Assembly (NCBI GenBank): GCA_963777975.1
Contig: CAVZSO010000003.1
Location: 9,111 to 73,110 of the forward strand
DNA length: 64,000 bases
DNA from: an uncultured Chloroflexia bacterium
GTDB lineage: Bacteria; Chloroflexota; Limnocylindria; Limnocylindrales; CSP1-4
Direction of reading: 5' to 3'
This document shows, in pieces, positions 59,630 to 64,000 of this stretch. Each line of letters opens with the position of its first letter. Positions within the stretch are counted from its first letter, which is position 1. Under the pieces are notes generated by a model. That model did no database searches and was not told the origin of the DNA. It worked only from the letters and a program-made list of their open reading frames with translations. Both the position numbers and the translations under genes were made by a program.

Positions 59630-61875
59630 CCGATCAGGCGACCGGCGGTCGGCTCGTCGTCGACGGGCGACCCATGGCGTTCGAGGCCGGCGACTCGGTC
59701 GCCATCGCGATCCTGCGGGGCGGCGACGTGCCCGGCCGTGGCGGCACGCTCTGCCTGGCCGGCGATTGCGGCAACTGCCTGGCGACCGTCGACGGCGTGG
59801 CATACGTCCGGACGTGCCAGGTCGCAGCGCGGCCGGGTCTGGCCGTCGTGCGCCACCCGGTCGACGGACTACCCGGGCTGCCGGTCGTCGACGGCACGGA
59901 TGCCACGCGGGCGCCGCTCGGCCCCGAGATCTCGGTCGAGCGCCACGCCGCGCAGGTCGTCGTCATCGGCGGCGGAGCGGCCGGTCAACAGGCCGTCGCC
60001 GAGGCGGAGGCGGCCGGGCGCGACGTCCTGCTCCTCGACGCCGAGGATGGCCGGGAGGTCGTGGCCATCTACCCCGGCCCAACGGTCGTGGCCCGCACGC
60101 CGGACGGCATGCTGCATGTCGACGCGGCAGAGATCATCGTCGCCACCGGCGCGGCCGAGATCCAGCCGGTCTGCCCCGGCAACGACCTGGCCGGCATCGT
60201 CACGGCCCGCGCCGCGGAACGCCTGCATGCAGCGGGCCTGGATCTGGGGCAGGCGGTCGGCCGTCGGGACGCCTCCGATCGGTGTGCCATGCGAATTCCG
60301 TCGATGGCGCCCTGGTTCGCTTCGAGGGCGACGGCGCCGGGCGGCTGATCGCCGTCGTGACCGCGGACTCCGAGACCGGGCTGGAGACGACGACGCCATG
60401 TCGGACGGCGATCGTCGGGCTGGGACTTGCGGCCCGAGACCTCCTCGCCCGCATGGCCGGCCCATCGGTGCCCGTGCGAGTGGTCGGGGCGGCCGCCGAG
60501 GAACACGCGCTGCCGCCTGCCGCCCAGCGACCCTGCCGTCACCGTCTGCCGCTGCATGGACGTGACGGTCGCCGACCTCGACGAGGCCTGGGCGAAGGGC
60601 TTCACCGAGCTGGAGCTGCTCAAGCGAGCGACGCTGGCGGCCATCGGGACCTGCCAGGGCGGTGCCTGCCTGCCGCACATCCGAGCCTGGATCGCGGCCC
60701 GGACGGGCGAGGTGCCGGCGCCATTCACGGCGCGCCCAGCCTCGCGCCAGATCACGCTCGCCGAGGCGGCCACCGACGTGACCGTCGACGCATTCCGCGA
60801 GACGCCGCTTCACGAGGTCCATCTGGCCGCCGGCGCGCGCATGGACCGCTTCGGCGGCTGGTGGCGGCCATGGCACTACGGCGACGCGGTGGCCGAGTAC
60901 TGGGCGGTGCGTCAAGGCGTCTCGCTGGGCGACGTGAGCACGCTCGGCAAGCTCGTCGTCTCCGGCCCAGACGTGGTCGAGGCGCTGGAGCGGCTGTACC
61001 CCTGCCACGTGGCCGACATCAAGCCCGGGCGGTCGCGCTACGCGCTGCTGCTCAACGAGCGTGGCCACGTCATGGACGACGGCATGATCCTGCGCGAGTC
61101 GGAGACCCGTTTCGTGCTCACCTTCACGTCCGGCGGTGCGGCCAACGCCGAGATGTGGATCCGCGACTGGGTCGAGACCTGGGGCCTGCGCGTCCACGTC
61201 CTCGACCGGACCATGTCGCTGGCGGCCATCAACGTCACCGGCCCGCTCGCCGGCGAGCTGCTGGCGCGCGCCGGTCTGACCGAACAGCCACGCTTCCTCG
61301 GTCACGCCCATGCCGATGTCGCCGGCGTGCCCTGCCACGTCATGCGGCTCTCGTTCACCGGCGAGGCCGCGTTCGAGCTGCACCACTCGGTGCATCGGTC
61401 GGTCGAGCTCTGGCGGGCGCTGATGGACCTTGGCGCCGACCTTGGCATCCGACCGCACGGGCTGCAGGCGCTCTTCGGGCTACGGCTGGAGAAGGGCCAC
61501 GTCATCGTGGGCATGGACACCGAGCTCGACACGACCCCACGGCGCCTGGACATGGACTGGGCCGTGCGCATGGAGAAGCCGCGCTTCATCGGCCGGGCCG
61601 CGCTCGAACGAACGGGCAAGCTGCCCGACGAGCGGCGCCTCTTCGGTTACACGATGTCAGGCCGGGCCCCGACCGAGGGCAGCCCCATCGTGGTCGGCGG
61701 CGACGTCGTCGGCCACGTCAGCGGCAGCTGGGCGTCGCCGCTCCTCGGGCATGCGGTCATGCTCGGCTGGCAGAAGCGAGCCCCGTTCGCGGACCGCGTC
61801 GAGATCGATGGCCGCGAGGCGATCGTCGCGCCGACGCCCTTCTACGACCCGGAGGGTCGTCGTGCCCGAGCTTAG
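59626..61875 (+). CDS. Heterotetrameric sarcosine-oxidase-like alpha subunit (compact, Fe-S motifs), about 2 frameshifts
   Basis: CLAGDCGNC...C, GGGAAG, CRC...CQGGAC, DVSTLGK, GcvT domain, LRLEKGH. Confidence 0.85.
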
Positions 61876-62254
61876 GGCCGTGCGCGGCATGCGGGTGGTC
61901 GCCGATCCGGCGGCCATCGACGGCGCGACGTGGACGACCGACCTCGACACGTCTGCGCCGGTGCATCGCCTCGCACCGGACGAGGCCTTCTCACCGGGCT
62001 CGACATCGGTCGTCATCGACGACGAGCACGCCATCGTCGTCGAGGAGCATGGCATCGTCGCCACGCGGTGCCGGATCGCCGACATCCTGCCGCACATCGA
62101 CTGGACGCTCCCGATCGAGCGACCGACCTTCACGCAGGGCGCCGTCGCCGGCGTTCCGGCCAAGCTCTGGCTCCTCGACGACACGTTCGCGGTGCTCTAC
62201 ACGAGCGAGGCCTACGCGCGGGAGCTTGCCGCTCGACTGGGCTGGTTGCGATGA
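61862..62254 (+). CDS. Probable gamma-like subunit of the sarcosine-oxidase-like complex
   Basis: RLAPDEA, QGAVAGVPAKLW; translationally coupled between the alpha and beta genes. Confidence 0.65.
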   Translation: MPELRAVRGMRVVADPAAIDGATWTTDLDTSAPVHRLAPDEAFSPGSTSVVIDDEHAIVVEEHGIVATRCRIADILPHIDWTLPIERPTFTQGAVAGVPAKLWLLDDTFAVLYTSEAYARELAARLGWLR

Positions 62255-63463
62255 GCGACTACACGAGCTCCCTGCTGCCCATCCGCTGGGCCTCGACCCC
62301 GAAGCCCAGCCTACGACGTCGTCATCATCGGCGGCGGCGGGCACGGCCTGTCGACCGCCTATCACCTCGCCGCGCGGCACGGGATCACGAACGTGGCCGT
62401 CCTCGAGGCCGACTACATCGCATCGGGCAACACGGGCCGCAACACGACCATCATCCGGGCCAATTACGGCCTGCCACAGGCGATCCGCTTCTACCAGCAC
62501 TCGCTCGAGCTCTACCAGCAGCTCGAGGCCGAGACCGGCGCCGCCATCCTCCACCAGACCAAGGGCATCCTGTGGATGGCCCACACCGAGATGGCCATGC
62601 GAACCGAGCGCGGCCGTTGCCTGATGAACCAGGCCTGCGGGGCCAAGACCGAGATGGTCACGCCGGCCCAGATCAAGGCGCTCGTGCCACAGCTCGACCT
62701 GACCGGCGGCGGCCGCTACCCGATCCTGGGCGCCTCCTACCACGTCGAGGCGGCCACGGCGCGCCACGATCGGGTCGCCTGGGCATACGCGTCCGGCGCC
62801 TCGCAACGCGGCGTCGACGTGCTCCAGCACACGACGGTCACCGGACTGCGCCTGGACGGCGCCGGGTCGTCGGCGTCGAGACGCCGTCCGGCCCCATCTC
62901 GGCCGGCATCGTCCTGTCCGCGGTCGGGGGTCGGATCACCGCCATCGCCGCCATGGCGGGCATCCGTCTGCCCATCCGGACCCATCCGCTGCACGCCTTC
63001 GTGACCAACGACTACGCCCAGGGCTTCGGGCCGATCGTGGCCAGCACCGAGCTGATGTGCTACGCATCGCAGACCGATCGCGGACAGATGCTCATCGGCG
63101 CCGAGTTCGACTCGCAGCCGTCCTACTCTCGGCTGTCCTCGTTCAGCGCCTTGCGCGGCTACAGCTGGAAGATCACGCCGACTCCTCCCCTTCCTGCGCC
63201 AGATGCGCATCCTGCGCACGTGGGCTGGCATCTGCGACATCTCGGCCGACTACAGCCCGATCATGGGCTTCACCCCGACCGACGGCTTCCTGGTCACGAC
63301 CGGCTGGGGGACATGGGGCTTCAAGGCCATCCCAGCCGGCGGCGAAGCGATGGCCGAGCTCATCGCGACCGGCCGGACGCCCGATCTGATCGCGCCGTTC
63401 GCGCTCGACCGCTTCCGCCGCGACCACGTGCTGGCCGACCAGGGCTCGGCGGGGACGCGCTGA
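62251..63463 (+). CDS. soxB: Sarcosine oxidase beta subunit-like, several frameshifts
   Basis: IIGGGGHGLSTAY, SGNTGRNTTIIRANY, RTWAGICD, GWGTWGFKA. Confidence 0.9.
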
Positions 63464-63705
63464 TGCACTGGCTCGACTGTCCCCGCTGTGGCCGCCGACC
63501 GCTCGAGGAATACGTCTTCGGCGGCGAGCGACGGTCCGTTCCGGAGACGATCGCCGATGCCGACGAACGCGACTTCGACGAGGTCTGGATCTTCGAGAAC
63601 CCGGATGGGCCGACGACCGAGCGCTGGTTCCACGCCTTCGGTTGTCGACGCTGGCTGACCGTGCGTCGCGACACGAGCCTCGACGTCGTGCTCGAGGTCC
63701 GCTGA
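63463..63705 (+). CDS. soxD: Sarcosine oxidase delta subunit-like
   Basis: CPRCG.R...EY, ERWFHAFGCRRW, RDT Zn-binding motif. Confidence 0.92.
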   Translation: MHWLDCPRCGRRPLEEYVFGGERRSVPETIADADERDFDEVWIFENPDGPTTERWFHAFGCRRWLTVRRDTSLDVVLEVR

Positions 63706-63740
63706 GGTGTCGCGCATCGACGTCGGGCGTGCTGGCTGAC

Positions 63741-64000
63741 ATGGCGACCCTTGCCGACCGCACCCTCGAGCTCGAGCTGCGGACTCGGGTGCGCTTCGGT
63801 GCGGGGGCCATCGAGTCCCTGCCGGAGCTCGTGCGGATGCTCGATGGTCGGCGCGCCTTCGTCGTCAGCGACCCGGGCGTGCTGCGCTCCGGCGTCGTCG
63901 ATCGCGTGCGCGAGGTGCTCGAGGACGCCGACCTGCCGGTCGGTCTGTTCACGGACGTCGAGGCCGACCCCGGCTCGACATCGATCCTCGCCGGCAGCCA
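63741..64000 (+). CDS. Iron-containing alcohol dehydrogenase, 3'-truncated by the window
   Basis: TRVRFGAGAIESL, AFVVSDPGV..SGVVDRV, FTDVEADP. Confidence 0.88.
   Translation, partial: MATLADRTLELELRTRVRFGAGAIESLPELVRMLDGRRAFVVSDPGVLRSGVVDRVREVLEDADLPVGLFTDVEADPGSTSILAGS

Overview
High-GC bacterial chromosome segment. Gene content and style suggest a soil or freshwater Chloroflexota (Limnocylindria-like) or Actinomycetota organism; this is inference only. About 20 otherwise intact genes, many of them housekeeping, carry single-base frameshifts, most likely long-read indel errors, so the ORF track splits or falsely fuses many genes. Left to right: (i) the decayed end of an integrative element at tRNA-Lys(CTT), holding a fluoride-riboswitch-controlled cation:proton antiporter between two paralogous small genes; (ii) a LuxR-type STAND regulator, ECF sigma factor, ALDH, SulP and MFS; (iii) a GT2 glycosyltransferase fused to a CysRS-type anticodon-binding domain, a TPR-rhomboid and an SPFH protein; (iv) tautomerase, TetR and hydrolase-cyclase genes next to tRNA-Arg(TCG); (v) an ABC-2 exporter, BioY, a DAGK-family kinase, two secreted putative cysteine peptidases flanking tRNA-His, an APC permease and an acetamidase; (vi) a sugar/GlcNAc cluster (MalK, GH13, GH1, SIS, GH3, ABC, two ROK); (vii) an unannotated 30-aa membrane peptide gene with its own RBS and terminator; (viii) a large betaine/methylamine catabolic cluster (Opu ABC, enolase-superfamily enzyme, ALDH, non-pyrrolysine MttB, dimethylglycine dehydrogenase, a permuted sarcosine-oxidase-like operon whose alpha subunit keeps Fe-S cysteines, Fe-ADH). 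Many genes appear leaderless (TAnnnT 6-7 nt before the start codon). No CRISPR array or rRNA was seen.
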